From: a candidate division FCPU426 bacterium
GTDB lineage: Bacteria > Oederibacteriota > Muellerivitia > Muellerivitales > Muellerivitaceae
Direction: 5' to 3'
DNA length: 64,000 nucleotides
Assembly: GCA_963771075.1 (NCBI GenBank)
Contig: CAVYSE010000028.1
Span: 192,001-256,000, forward strand
Below the pieces are notes generated by a model. That model saw only the letters and a list, made by a program, of their open reading frames with translations, did no database searches and had not been told where the DNA came from. Below are positions 18,968-28,324 of this stretch, piece after piece. The first letter of the stretch is position 1. Each line of letters opens with the position of its first letter. A program made the position numbers and the translations under genes.

Positions 18968-19761
18968 TGGATCTGGTGGAAGAATATTTCAAGCGCGACT
19001 TGAGCGCCTCCGAGGAGACCCAACTGGCCAAGTTATTGGCCGGGTCGCCCGAGGCCGCCCAAAAGATGGCCGAGGGGATGGCCACACTCTTCCGCGCGGG
19101 CGGCGAGGCTGAACCCGCCTGGCCCGGGAAACCCCTGCCCCTCAGCCGGTGGACCGTCTCCGGTTCCTGGATCAAGATTGCTGTCTTTGCCCTGCTCAAC
19201 CTGGCCTTGATCGGCCTTTTGATCTACCTGATCCTCGGCTTTTTAAAGGCCCATGTCTCCACTCCCGCTCCCAAAGCCCAAGTGGAAGTCTCAACCCTGG
19301 TCCTGGACGAACCGGCTAAGGATGTCCGTAAGGCCGCATCGCGAAAGGCCTCGCCCCCGCCGGCCTCAAAACAAATGGAAGCCTCCGCTCCTTTCCTTCC
19401 TCCCCTTCCGGTCGAGGGGCCTAACTCCCAATCGGCCCTTCCGGCGCCCTCCTCGAACGCGGAGCCCGCCTCCCCCGCGGTCCCTCCCATGACAGCCTCG
19501 GGCAGGCAGTTCGAACAGCTTTCGGTGGTCATCAACAACCCCGAGGCCGGCCTGGCCACCGTCAAGGTCTACAACGCCGATCACGTCCTTGTCCGCCGGC
19601 TCTTTACCGGCATCCTTCCCGCCGGGACCCAGACCCTCGTTTGGGACGGCCGTACCGAGGAGGGCGCCGCCGCGCCTGCGGGAACCTACCAAATGGAAGT
19701 CCAATCCGGGGAAAAGATCATCCAGAGCGAGATCAAAATCAAGGCGGGTGACAACCCCTAA
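18964..19761 (+). CDS. Putative anti-sigma factor: one TM helix, Pro/Ala linker, C-terminal FlgD-Ig/CTD-like domain
   Basis: GTGA coupling to the sigma gene; N-terminal LVEEYF..DLS..EE..L..LL; TM helix; VKVYNAD..LVRRL...LVWDGR..G..APAGTY. Confidence 0.75.
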   Translation: MMDLVEEYFKRDLSASEETQLAKLLAGSPEAAQKMAEGMATLFRAGGEAEPAWPGKPLPLSRWTVSGSWIKIAVFALLNLALIGLLIYLILGFLKAHVSTPAPKAQVEVSTLVLDEPAKDVRKAASRKASPPPASKQMEASAPFLPPLPVEGPNSQSALPAPSSNAEPASPAVPPMTASGRQFEQLSVVINNPEAGLATVKVYNADHVLVRRLFTGILPAGTQTLVWDGRTEEGAAAPAGTYQMEVQSGEKIIQSEIKIKAGDNP

Positions 19762-19773
19762 CCTGGGTGCGGC

Positions 19774-20556
19774 CTAATTCAGGGCTTCTTCCAAAACACG
19801 GAAGAACGAATCCCGCGCCTTCTTTTCCATCCAGGGTGTGTGGCCGCATTTTTCCAACAGGACCCATTTGAATTCGGATAGGACCGCCTTCAAGGGCTCC
19901 TCCACGCCTAAGGCAGGGTGGGGATCATGGTTTCCGTGGATGGCTACCACCGGGCAATTGATCTTCTTCACTTCTTCCATCAATTTTCCGCTTTTTCGCA
20001 TACTCGAAGCCTCTTCCCAAATCGTTTGGAACTGCTCCAGGTTCAAGGCCATTCCCTCATGCCTCATGGGCAGGGGGTCATAATCATCGGCAATGGACAT
20101 GAGTTCCCCCAAACGGGCGAATTCCTCCGGGTGCTCCATTTTTTTCCTTAACATCACGTTCGCTTCGTCTTTTTCCCTTTTGCATAAACGCCCCAGGCGG
20201 GTTTTCGTCATTTCCCCCACGTATTTTTCCTCAAAGGGTCCGCTGGAAATTAGAATGATTTTTTGGACGAGACCCGGATACCGGGCGGCGGTCAGGCAGG
20301 CCAGCCAGGCGCCCCAGGAATAACCCACCAAACAAACGGGACCGGAGGCCTGTTCCTCCAATAGGATCCTTAGTTCCTGCACCAGGCCTTCGATGGAAAA
20401 CCTTGTTTGAAGGGGTTCCAGTATCCCGCGCTTTAAGGCCAATTCCCGCGCCACGGGTGCCATCTCACCCGGCGCGCCCGGCCCCCCGTGAAGGAGAGCC
20501 ACTTTGTAGGGGGAAGGGCCGTAGACTCGGAGGTTTTCCACGCGTTTTTCCCTCAA
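19774..20556 (-). CDS. Alpha/beta hydrolase
   Basis: LHGGPG, GYSWG nucleophile elbow, HGNHD and CGHTPW motifs. Confidence 0.9.
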   Translation of the reverse strand: MREKRVENLRVYGPSPYKVALLHGGPGAPGEMAPVARELALKRGILEPLQTRFSIEGLVQELRILLEEQASGPVCLVGYSWGAWLACLTAARYPGLVQKIILISSGPFEEKYVGEMTKTRLGRLCKREKDEANVMLRKKMEHPEEFARLGELMSIADDYDPLPMRHEGMALNLEQFQTIWEEASSMRKSGKLMEEVKKINCPVVAIHGNHDPHPALGVEEPLKAVLSEFKWVLLEKCGHTPWMEKKARDSFFRVLEEALN

Positions 20557-20571
20557 TTAAAAATTGGAGGT

Positions 20572-21159
20572 TTAGGGGCGAGGGGTCTTGTTTCGGGTTT
20601 TGATCTTGGGAGCGGACTTGCCTTTAGGGATGGCGCCGAGTTGCCGCAGGATCCTATCGCAAATTCGTTCGACGGGGGAATCGCCCCCATCCACCGTCAG
20701 GTCGGCATATCGTTCGTACAGGGGCTTGCGTTCCCGGAAGAGGGCAGTCAGGGTGTTCCCTCCCCGGCGCACCACCGGCTCGCCGGACCAGTCCCCCATC
20801 CGCCGCTTCACTTGCGCGAGGGAAACCTTCAGGAAAAGGCAAAGGCCCAGGGACTTCAAATGCCGCATGGCTTTAGGGTAATAAACCGCGCTTCCCCCGG
20901 GGGCGATCACGCAATGGCGCGTGCGAAGCGTGAGGATGACCTCCTCCTCCGCCTTCATGAACCCCTTCATGCCCAATTGGTCCAGCACCCTCTTGATGGG
21001 TTTTTGGTACCGCCGCTCGATCAACTGGTCCACGTCCACGAAGTCATAGCGGATCTTTTCGGCCAATTGCCGGCCCACGGTGCTTTTGCCGCTCCCGAAC
21101 ATCCCGATCATGACCAGGTTGTTCGGAATGGCTTTGCGGTTCAACTCGATAGTGGCCAT
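20572..21159 (-). CDS. aroK: Shikimate kinase
   Basis: IGMFGSGKSTVG P-loop, DVDQLIE, APGGS and ERKPLY motifs. Confidence 0.9.
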   Translation of the reverse strand: MATIELNRKAIPNNLVMIGMFGSGKSTVGRQLAEKIRYDFVDVDQLIERRYQKPIKRVLDQLGMKGFMKAEEEVILTLRTRHCVIAPGGSAVYYPKAMRHLKSLGLCLFLKVSLAQVKRRMGDWSGEPVVRRGGNTLTALFRERKPLYERYADLTVDGGDSPVERICDRILRQLGAIPKGKSAPKIKTRNKTPRP

Positions 21160-21175
21160 AAGCCCCGTTCTTCCC

Positions 21176-22264
21176 TCAAAAGGTATCGGAAAGGACAACC
21201 CCGTTCCGGTAGTTCAGGCGCGAGAGGGGACCATCCGAAGCCCCCGCCGGGAGCCATGCCTGGTAACCCAAGTTCCAGGTTTCGCCCAGTCCCAAGTCGG
21301 CCTTAATCCAAAAAACCGCCGGTCCGCCATCCAGGGACTTCAGCAACCCCGCGAAGGCCCCCCATTTTGGGGCAACACGCTTCTCAACCGAAGCAAAAAA
21401 ATACGAAGCTTGGGTGAAACCGTCGGAAAAAGGGCCCAGCACCTGGCCCGAACCGTCCTTGAAAAACTCCAGGTTGTAGGTAACGAGGTTTTTCACGGTC
21501 GAGAGGCCCCCGATCCACGTCATTTCGCTTGTGCCGTCGTTATAAAGCCAATCCACGCCCTCCAACCGGGCCTGGAATTGGGGAAAGGTCCCGGAAAGCT
21601 CCAGCCCGGCTCCGTTGCGGCCGGTCAGGAAGGCGAAACTGGGGCTGACCCCGACCCCAATGCCCTTATCCACCAGCCGGATGACTTCCTCGGCCATGCC
21701 ACTGTCCAACCAGCGCACGGCGCCTTCCACGCTGAGAAAATCGAAAAGGAAGCAGGACAGGTCCAGGGCTTCACTCCCCAAAGGCTCGTCCCTTTGCCAG
21801 GCGAGGGGAGGCAGGGGGAAAAAATAATCGGTGGGCCGGTAGAAATAAGAGGACCCCCAATTGAAATCCATCAGCCCCGCCCTCACCTCCAGTGAGCCCT
21901 CGGTCCACTTGAGGAAAGCCCGGTCCAGCTGAAGGGTGTAAAGGGAACCATCCCCGTTGGAGAGGTCGTCGGTTTGAAGACGCAGGAAGTTCGAGTCGGG
22001 ATAAGCCAGCCAAGCGGGGGCCAAACCGTTCCCCGCGACTTGGCCGTCCGCCTCCCCGGCGAATGAAAACAGGAGGTCCGAGTCCAGGTCATCCTCGTTC
22101 CTCAGGAGCAGGCGGGAGAGGGCGTAAACGCCGGTGGCAGAGGGGCTAACGGCCCCGGCTTCCAGGGAAGCCATGCCGGAAATCAGGCTTCCCTCCTGGC
22201 CCCAGGACGGCATAAAGGTTAAAAACACAAAAAGAAAAAGTGGGTAGAGCCGGAAATTCTTCAT
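21176..22264 (-). CDS. Putative outer-membrane beta-barrel protein
   Basis: Signal peptide from ATG 22264 (overlaps the mscS stop), LDRAFLKW..EVRAG..NWG..RPTD pattern, terminal Phe. Confidence 0.65.
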   Translation of the reverse strand: MKNFRLYPLFLFVFLTFMPSWGQEGSLISGMASLEAGAVSPSATGVYALSRLLLRNEDDLDSDLLFSFAGEADGQVAGNGLAPAWLAYPDSNFLRLQTDDLSNGDGSLYTLQLDRAFLKWTEGSLEVRAGLMDFNWGSSYFYRPTDYFFPLPPLAWQRDEPLGSEALDLSCFLFDFLSVEGAVRWLDSGMAEEVIRLVDKGIGVGVSPSFAFLTGRNGAGLELSGTFPQFQARLEGVDWLYNDGTSEMTWIGGLSTVKNLVTYNLEFFKDGSGQVLGPFSDGFTQASYFFASVEKRVAPKWGAFAGLLKSLDGGPAVFWIKADLGLGETWNLGYQAWLPAGASDGPLSRLNYRNGVVLSDTF

Positions 22265-23349
22265 GCTTTTTTTGAGCTTCTCGGCGGGGAGCCCCTGCCT
22301 TTCGTTGTTTCCTTGATCTCCACCGTCCTTTGAGGAAAGGGAATCGTGATTCCCTCCTCCCGGTATCGGGCGTGGATGGCCTTGATGAACGCATGCCGCA
22401 ACAGGATCGTGGAAGGGTACTGGCGGGCGCTGAGAAGGACGTTCAAGTTGATGGAGGAATCGGCGAAGGAATGGAAACTCACCGCGGGCTCGAAATTCGG
22501 GTCCGCGTCCCTTACGTTTTTTTGGACCGATCGGGCCGTTTCCAGGGTTACCCTTTCCACTTTTTCCAGATCGCTGTCGTAATCCACTCCCAGTTCCACG
22601 AAGAAAGAGCAAAGGTCGTTGGGCAGGTGGTAATTCAAGATGCGTTCCTCGGCCAATTTGGAGTTAGGGATCACCAGGGTGGTGGTATCGATCAGCCGCA
22701 CGCGGGTGGAGCGCCACCCGATGGATTTCACCTCCCCCTGTTCACCCGTTGGAAGCTTGATGTAATGCCCCACCCGAATGGGTTTGTCCACCAACAGGTA
22801 CATTCCCGAGAAAAGGTTCGCGAGGGTGCTTTGCAGGGCCAGGGCCACCGCCAAGCTGCCCACGCCAAGGGACGCCAGGAGCGGGGTGATATTGATGCCC
22901 AGGCTCGCGAGAACCACGAGGATACCCAAGGACCAAACCCCGACCCTCACCAGCGCGGAAAATAGCAGGTGGGAATGCTTGAGGTCCCCGTGGCGGTTTT
23001 CCAGGTCCTTCAAGAGGCCCTGCAACAGGTTGTCCGCCAGGTAGACCAGGGCCACCATCAGGACGATCTTGAGGACCTTGATCATGAAGGCCTCGTCCTC
23101 CGCCAGGACGGGAGCGAATCGGCTGGCAAACATGACCCCGCCGATGATCCAAATGAGATAAGCGGGCAGGGGCAGGCCCTTCAGGATCATGTTATCGAAG
23201 AAATGGGAAGTACCGGAAACGGCCTTATTGAGGACGGAAAAGAACCCCCGCAAGAGGATAAAACCCAACACCAGCCACAGCCCTAAAACCACCAGGGCCA
23301 GGGTCCAATCCCCCATGACCGATAGGTCGCGCTGGAAAAGATGGTTCAT
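22261..23349 (-). CDS. mscS: Small-conductance mechanosensitive channel
   Basis: LASLGVGSLAVALALQSTLANLFSG, PIRVG, IGWRST, IPNS and IPFPQ motifs. Confidence 0.92.
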   Translation of the reverse strand: MNHLFQRDLSVMGDWTLALVVLGLWLVLGFILLRGFFSVLNKAVSGTSHFFDNMILKGLPLPAYLIWIIGGVMFASRFAPVLAEDEAFMIKVLKIVLMVALVYLADNLLQGLLKDLENRHGDLKHSHLLFSALVRVGVWSLGILVVLASLGINITPLLASLGVGSLAVALALQSTLANLFSGMYLLVDKPIRVGHYIKLPTGEQGEVKSIGWRSTRVRLIDTTTLVIPNSKLAEERILNYHLPNDLCSFFVELGVDYDSDLEKVERVTLETARSVQKNVRDADPNFEPAVSFHSFADSSINLNVLLSARQYPSTILLRHAFIKAIHARYREEGITIPFPQRTVEIKETTKGRGSPPRSSKKA

Positions 23350-23387
23350 GATTCCTCCCGCCTGAGATGGGTGTTCATTTATCCGAT

Positions 23388-23480
23388 AGCTATTGACGAT
23401 TAGCCTTTAGCCCTTCGAGAGCCTCAGGGCCCCGAGTCATATCGGGGGGGCTCATGGCAAAAAACTAACAGCTAAAAGCT
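23388..23480. repeat. 7-nt-periodic inverted repeat enclosing a REP-like palindrome
   Basis: Arms GCTATTGACGATTAGCCTTTAGC and GCAAAAAACTAACAGCTAAAAGC. The internal GCCCTTCGA-N4-CTCAGGGCC recurs at 33215. Confidence 0.6.
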
Positions 23481-23716
23481 TACGCATCGTTATCCAACAG
23501 CTCCCTGGCCAGCGCCTCATCCGACTTTTTGATCCAAAGCTTGACCCCGCCAAAGGTGGCGTCAAAAAAAGATCGGGGGCTCAATTGATTCATGATATCC
23601 CCACTTAAAAAACATTCCACGCCCTCGGCTTCCAGCTTGGACTTGGCCACCTCAGCCTCAAAATCGTTTGAAAAGGCCTTGTACGGGATCAGTTCCTCTT
23701 CCCGGGAATTTTCCAT
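23480..23716 (-). CDS. DUF2007-like putative signal-transducing protein
   Basis: EAEVAKSKLEAEGVEC...GGVKLWI...D...ARELL pattern; TAATG coupling. Confidence 0.8.
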   Translation of the reverse strand: MENSREEELIPYKAFSNDFEAEVAKSKLEAEGVECFLSGDIMNQLSPRSFFDATFGGVKLWIKKSDEALARELLDNDA

Positions 23717-24684
23717 TACTCTTTCCTGAAACAAGAAGGTTCATCCGGCACTGCGGATACCAGGGGCGGATAGGCTTCCTTCCCCAGATGGTCGCTAAAG
23801 TTCATCGCCTTCCCGCTTTCCGCGTCGAGCAGGTAAGTCAAGTCCGTGGCCCCTGGACCCAGGTTATCATGAACTGAAACCATCAACCATCGGCGGCCTT
23901 TTTTCTCGCAAAAGGAGAGCGCTCCCAATTCCAGTTTTCTTTTCAAGTTTTGAAAAGGCAGTTGCGATTTCCAGAGAATGTTTTTATCCGGATTGACACA
24001 AAGAACCTCCCCGTCGGACTGGAGGGCGAAGGTATTTCCCGAAGGGCCCCTTAACACATCCTGGATCGGGTCCGAACCGGCGGGCAGATTCCACTGCCAG
24101 GCCAGCTTATCTTCCCGGAATTGTATTTCCTCCACGGAACCATCGGCCAGAAGCACGAGAAAATTGCCGTCATCGGGGCAGAGTTTAACTTTGACCGGCT
24201 GGGTCGGAAGCGCGTATTCCCACCGGATCTTCACTCCCGTGGATTTTGCCTCTGCCAGGACCAGTCTTTTCCCCAAGCTTTCCGCCCCCAGGATAAGGCT
24301 GGGCTCTCCCTTGAGGTTCCAATCGGCCGCGACCGCGCTGACGATGGAAACCCCTTCCAGCGCCGACCAGTCCCAGATCACTCGCACCCCACTGTCCACC
24401 TTGCGGATGAGATAAACCTGGCGCGGCCCCCCGACCACCAGGACCCGATTCTCGATGGGCTGTGGCTGGACTTCCCTTGCCTGACCATCCCCATCGTATT
24501 CCCAATCGATCTTGTTTTGGTTGACGTGGACCACATGCCCCCGCTGGGTGCATAGGACCAGGGAAGGAAAACCCGGGACTTCTTTACCGGGTTTCGCGTT
24601 CACCCCGTTCGCGGATAACAACAAGAAAAGAGCTGTAACCAAAGCTTGAATTGGGTGGCTTTTAAACAAAGTGGATTTGATCAT
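23716..24684 (-). CDS. Secreted beta-propeller-like protein
   Basis: Signal peptide and repeated Trp blade motifs (IDWEY, VIWDW, IRWEY, LAWQW, ILWKS). Confidence 0.6.
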   Translation of the reverse strand: MIKSTLFKSHPIQALVTALFLLLSANGVNAKPGKEVPGFPSLVLCTQRGHVVHVNQNKIDWEYDGDGQAREVQPQPIENRVLVVGGPRQVYLIRKVDSGVRVIWDWSALEGVSIVSAVAADWNLKGEPSLILGAESLGKRLVLAEAKSTGVKIRWEYALPTQPVKVKLCPDDGNFLVLLADGSVEEIQFREDKLAWQWNLPAGSDPIQDVLRGPSGNTFALQSDGEVLCVNPDKNILWKSQLPFQNLKRKLELGALSFCEKKGRRWLMVSVHDNLGPGATDLTYLLDAESGKAMNFSDHLGKEAYPPLVSAVPDEPSCFRKE

Positions 24685-24755
24685 TTTTCTTGGAGGCCGT
24701 TTCGAAGAGGGATGAGTCGGCTGCCAACTGTGGACAGTCGTCTGGGAACTGTTTT

Positions 24756-25247
24756 TTAGGTACACCAGAAGCGGATAGTCTCAAAACTGCGGTTGGCCTC
24801 CCGAATACGGGAGCAAAGGGTCACCACGACCATGTCCTGCACCCGCAGGGCGGTCGCGGGATGCTCCCATTTGATTCGCTCGTATTCACCATGGGAGAGC
24901 CAGAACAAAACGGAGTTTTCCTCCGCAACGGCGTCCGCGGAACGGGGCGCGTTGTCCACCAGGGCCATCTCGCCGAACAGGCTTCCCGAATTCAAGATGG
25001 TCAGAAGTTGCTCGTAAACTTCCCTCTTGCCGTCCGGAACGACCCGCCGGCTGATACGGATCTTGCCGGAACGCACCAGGTAAAAACCGTCCCCCGGATC
25101 GTTTTCCTTGAAAACATAGGTCCCCATGAGCAGGCTCTTTTCCTGGAAAATTCCCGAAAATACTTCCCAGTCTTTTTCCTTAAAACCTCGGTAGGGGGCG
25201 GCGTCCTTAAAAACGGTGAAATCTACCGGCATGTAGGCATCCCTCAT
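24756..25247 (-). CDS. Stand-alone cyclic nucleotide-binding domain protein
   Basis: VFKENDPGDGFYLVRSG and FGEMALVDNAPRSAD; no HTH domain. Confidence 0.9.
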   Translation of the reverse strand: MRDAYMPVDFTVFKDAAPYRGFKEKDWEVFSGIFQEKSLLMGTYVFKENDPGDGFYLVRSGKIRISRRVVPDGKREVYEQLLTILNSGSLFGEMALVDNAPRSADAVAEENSVLFWLSHGEYERIKWEHPATALRVQDMVVVTLCSRIREANRSFETIRFWCT

Positions 25248-25486
25248 GGTTTATCCCCAAGCGGTGGGGTTTTCTTTACTTTATAGCCAAATGGACGATT
25301 TTTAAATTTTTTACGAATTAAAATCGCAATCTTCCGTCTAGAAGTTGTGAATATTCATCAACTTTTCCATTCCAATCTGATTCAAGGAGGGGTTTTTATG
25401 AAAAAACCCTTCAATGTTTGTCTCTTCTGTTTGTTTTAATTAGTCTTATTGGTTTCATGTACCGCCACCGGTTAACAAAGCTCATC

Positions 25487-26911
25487 TTAACGGCCCTTCG
25501 TTTTTCCCAACAAGTCGTTAATAAACTGCCGGGCCGTGCGACCCGAGCGGCTGTTGTTGGCCCTCTCCCATTGGGCGGCCTTCAGGTGCAATTGGTCGAG
25601 AGGCATCTTGATCCCCTCGGCCTTGGCCCAACTTTCGACCATCCGGAAATAGGTTTCCTGGTCGGGGGAATAGAATGAAATCACCAAACCGAACCGGTCG
25701 GAAAGGGAGAGTTTCTCCTCCACCGTATCCGCGCCGTGGATCTCACCCTCGTTTTGAACGCCTTCCGTACGATCCGAGAAAAATTCCTTCACCAAATGCC
25801 TCCGGTTGGAGGTGGCGATCAGGATGACATTACTCGGTGTGGGTTCGAGGGTTCCTTCCAAAATAGCCTTAAGGCCCTTGTAAGACGTTTCATTCTCCTC
25901 AAAAGACAGGTCGTCCACGAAGATAATGAATTTCTCTTTCCTCCCCCTTAAAACCGGAAGAATGTCGTGCAATTCCCTAAGATCCGTCGGGGATACTTCC
26001 ACCAGCCTCAACCCCTTGTCTCCGTACTCGTTCAAAAGGGCTTTCACGGTTGAGGATTTGCCCGTGCCCCGCTCTCCATAAAGAAGCGCATTGTTGGCGG
26101 TCTTGCCCGCCACAAAGGCCTCGATATTATCGATCAAGGGCTGGCGCTGTTCCTGATAGCCCACCAACTGGTCCAGGCGGATCGGGTCCACCGATTCCAA
26201 ACCCACCATGTTCCCGCCTTGCCCCCGGTCCTCCCAGCGGAAGGCGCGGTAACGGCCAAAAAGCCCAAAACCATTCGCGTAGAAATAGGAGGCCACGCTT
26301 TCCGCCAGTCCCTGGGGAGATTGACTGCCCTGGAGGAGTTGACTCTTCAAGGCCTTTCGGGCAACGGCTTGGGACGAGGAGGGCTTACTCTTTTCTAATT
26401 TCCTCACTCCCTCCAGCGAGGGGACTTCGGCCCGATCCAACCGTCCGGATTTTCTCAGGAATTCCGCTTCCCAATCCACCTTGAGGATCTTGAGGAATAG
26501 GTCCAACTCCCTCATATAGGCTTGGTAAAGGGAGGGTGTGATTTCAGAAAGTGCGGATTGTTCAGTCTTGCGGTGAAAGGAGTTGGCGTCTTCCAATAAC
26601 CGTTCCAAGAAATAATCCTGCAACTGGGTTCCGACCCTGGGATGAGTTCCGAATTCCTCAAAGTCCACCACCGATTTCCAAAGACGGCCCCAACGGCGGA
26701 AGCCCTTGGCCGGGTCCTCCTCCTGCTTGCTGGATAACCAGCGAAGAACCCTGCTAAAAGCCTTGCCGGTCTCGCCGGTAAACACACCCTCCAAAAGAAT
26801 GAGGGAGTCCATCCAATCCAGGGCTTTGCGGGCGGTGGAGGAGGAAGGTATTAGGCGTGGCACGTCCTTGGGTATCCCCACGGCGGCCTTGCGAGCTTTG
26901 GCTTTGGACAT
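25487..26911 (-). CDS. DUF815-family AAA+ ATPase
   Basis: LLYGERGTGKSS, FVDDLSFE, YKGLKAILEG, ATSNRRHL, EEKLSLSDRFG and RSGRTARQF motifs. Confidence 0.9.
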   Translation of the reverse strand: MSKAKARKAAVGIPKDVPRLIPSSSTARKALDWMDSLILLEGVFTGETGKAFSRVLRWLSSKQEEDPAKGFRRWGRLWKSVVDFEEFGTHPRVGTQLQDYFLERLLEDANSFHRKTEQSALSEITPSLYQAYMRELDLFLKILKVDWEAEFLRKSGRLDRAEVPSLEGVRKLEKSKPSSSQAVARKALKSQLLQGSQSPQGLAESVASYFYANGFGLFGRYRAFRWEDRGQGGNMVGLESVDPIRLDQLVGYQEQRQPLIDNIEAFVAGKTANNALLYGERGTGKSSTVKALLNEYGDKGLRLVEVSPTDLRELHDILPVLRGRKEKFIIFVDDLSFEENETSYKGLKAILEGTLEPTPSNVILIATSNRRHLVKEFFSDRTEGVQNEGEIHGADTVEEKLSLSDRFGLVISFYSPDQETYFRMVESWAKAEGIKMPLDQLHLKAAQWERANNSRSGRTARQFINDLLGKTKGR

Positions 26912-26949
26912 TGGTTTTTTTCCTCTGATTTTAGAGAACCCTCAAACTC

Positions 26950-27040
26950 TTACCAAAAAGTTACGAAGAACACGAAGAATGCCTCCAAAAACTACTAAAA
27001 CCAATAAACAACCGCGTGCCTTTTGTACCCTTCGTGGTAA
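26950..27040. repeat. Degenerate inverted repeat of 9-nt units (CACGAAGRR)
   Basis: Left arm TTACCAAAAAGTTACGAAGAACACGAAG; right arm reverse complement TTACCACGAAGGGTACAAAAGGCACGCG. Confidence 0.55.
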
Positions 27041-27117
27041 TAGTTTTTCATGATTTTACGTCTTTTTGCGTTTGAGAAAGCCCAATTTTGACCTCTCCCG
27101 GGTCTAAAATGAAAGCC

Positions 27118-28260
27118 ATGAGCGATGAAACCACGCTGGAAAAACTTCTGGGACAACGCACCACCCCGGGTGAACTTTATGAAAAACTGCCAGGTAATAA
27201 GGTTCGTTGTTACGCCTGCGGCCACCGATGCCCCATTCCGGAGGGCCGCCGCGGGGTTTGCCAGGTCCGGTTCAACGAGGGGGGCATCTTGCGGGTTCCG
27301 AATGGCTATTCCGCCGCCCTGCAGGTGGACCCCATCGAGAAGAAACCGTTTTTTCACGTCATGCCGGGTTCCCGGGCCTTTTCCTTCGGCATGCTCGGCT
27401 GTGATTTTCACTGCGATTATTGCCAGAACTGGTTCACCAGCCAGGCCCTGCGGGATCCCGAATGCGCGGAAGCTTCCTCCACCCTGACCGACCTAACCGC
27501 CCATGCCATCGTGGACTTGGCCATCCAGAACGAATGCCAGGTCATCACCTCCACCTATAACGAACCCCTCATTACGTCCGAATGGTCCTCCCAGGTTTTC
27601 GATTTGGCCCGCACCCGCGGATTGCTGACTTCCTTCGTGTCCAACGGAAACGCCACCCGCGAGGTGTTGGAATACCTGCGTCCCCGCCTGGACGCCTATA
27701 AGGTGGATCTCAAGAGTTTCAGCGACTCGACCTACCGCAAAACCTTCGGGGGCACCTTGAAACCGGTTTTGGAAAGCCTGGAAAGGCTCAAGGCCATGGG
27801 TTTCTGGGTGGAGGTGGTAACCCTGGTCGTGCCGGGATTGAATGACAGCGAAAACGAGCTTACGTCCATCGCCCGTTTCATCGCCTCGATCTCCAAGGAA
27901 ATCCCCTGGCATGTGACCGCTTTCCATCCGGATTATAAGATGGGGGACCGCCCCCCCACTGGCGCCGACCATTTGAACTTGAGCTATGAGATTGGCCGTT
28001 CGACGGGGTTGGATTTTGTATATTCGGGCAACCGCCCGGGCGAGGTGGGCATCACCGAGAACACTTACTGCCCTTCCTGCGATTTTCTTTTAGTGGAACG
28101 GATGGGTTACCGTATTCTCAATAATACACTGAAGCCCGACGGAGCCTGTCCCCAATGCTTCAGGATTCTGCCCGGCATTTGGAAGGCGCCTAATCGCAAG
28201 CCCAATCTGGTGCGGCCCGTTTTGGAAACACCCCTGGCCAATAAGGTTCTAGTGAAGTAA
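27118..28260 (+). CDS. amrS: AmmeMemoRadiSam system radical SAM enzyme
   Basis: C..C.H.C....G.C.VR, DPIEKKP, CDFHCDYCQN (CxxxCxxC), TYNEP, PWHVTAFHPDY and C-terminal CPSC/CPQC. Confidence 0.92.
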   Translation: MSDETTLEKLLGQRTTPGELYEKLPGNKVRCYACGHRCPIPEGRRGVCQVRFNEGGILRVPNGYSAALQVDPIEKKPFFHVMPGSRAFSFGMLGCDFHCDYCQNWFTSQALRDPECAEASSTLTDLTAHAIVDLAIQNECQVITSTYNEPLITSEWSSQVFDLARTRGLLTSFVSNGNATREVLEYLRPRLDAYKVDLKSFSDSTYRKTFGGTLKPVLESLERLKAMGFWVEVVTLVVPGLNDSENELTSIARFIASISKEIPWHVTAFHPDYKMGDRPPTGADHLNLSYEIGRSTGLDFVYSGNRPGEVGITENTYCPSCDFLLVERMGYRILNNTLKPDGACPQCFRILPGIWKAPNRKPNLVRPVLETPLANKVLVK

Positions 28261-28324
28261 CCTTCCTTTGCTTTTATAATGCGGCCAGCCATCCTGAAGA
28301 AACCATTCCGCCGGGTTGGAAACC

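Noticed and set aside
22265..22612. N-terminal extensions in the ORF track (also 732-872, 9457-9537, 56885-57058)
   Set aside because: They overlap neighbouring genes or intergenic promoter regions; downstream starts have an SD, a signal peptide or translational coupling.
27118..28260. Radical SAM enzyme as a RiPP maturase
   Set aside because: Motifs match AmrS; no SPASM domain or adjacent precursor peptide.
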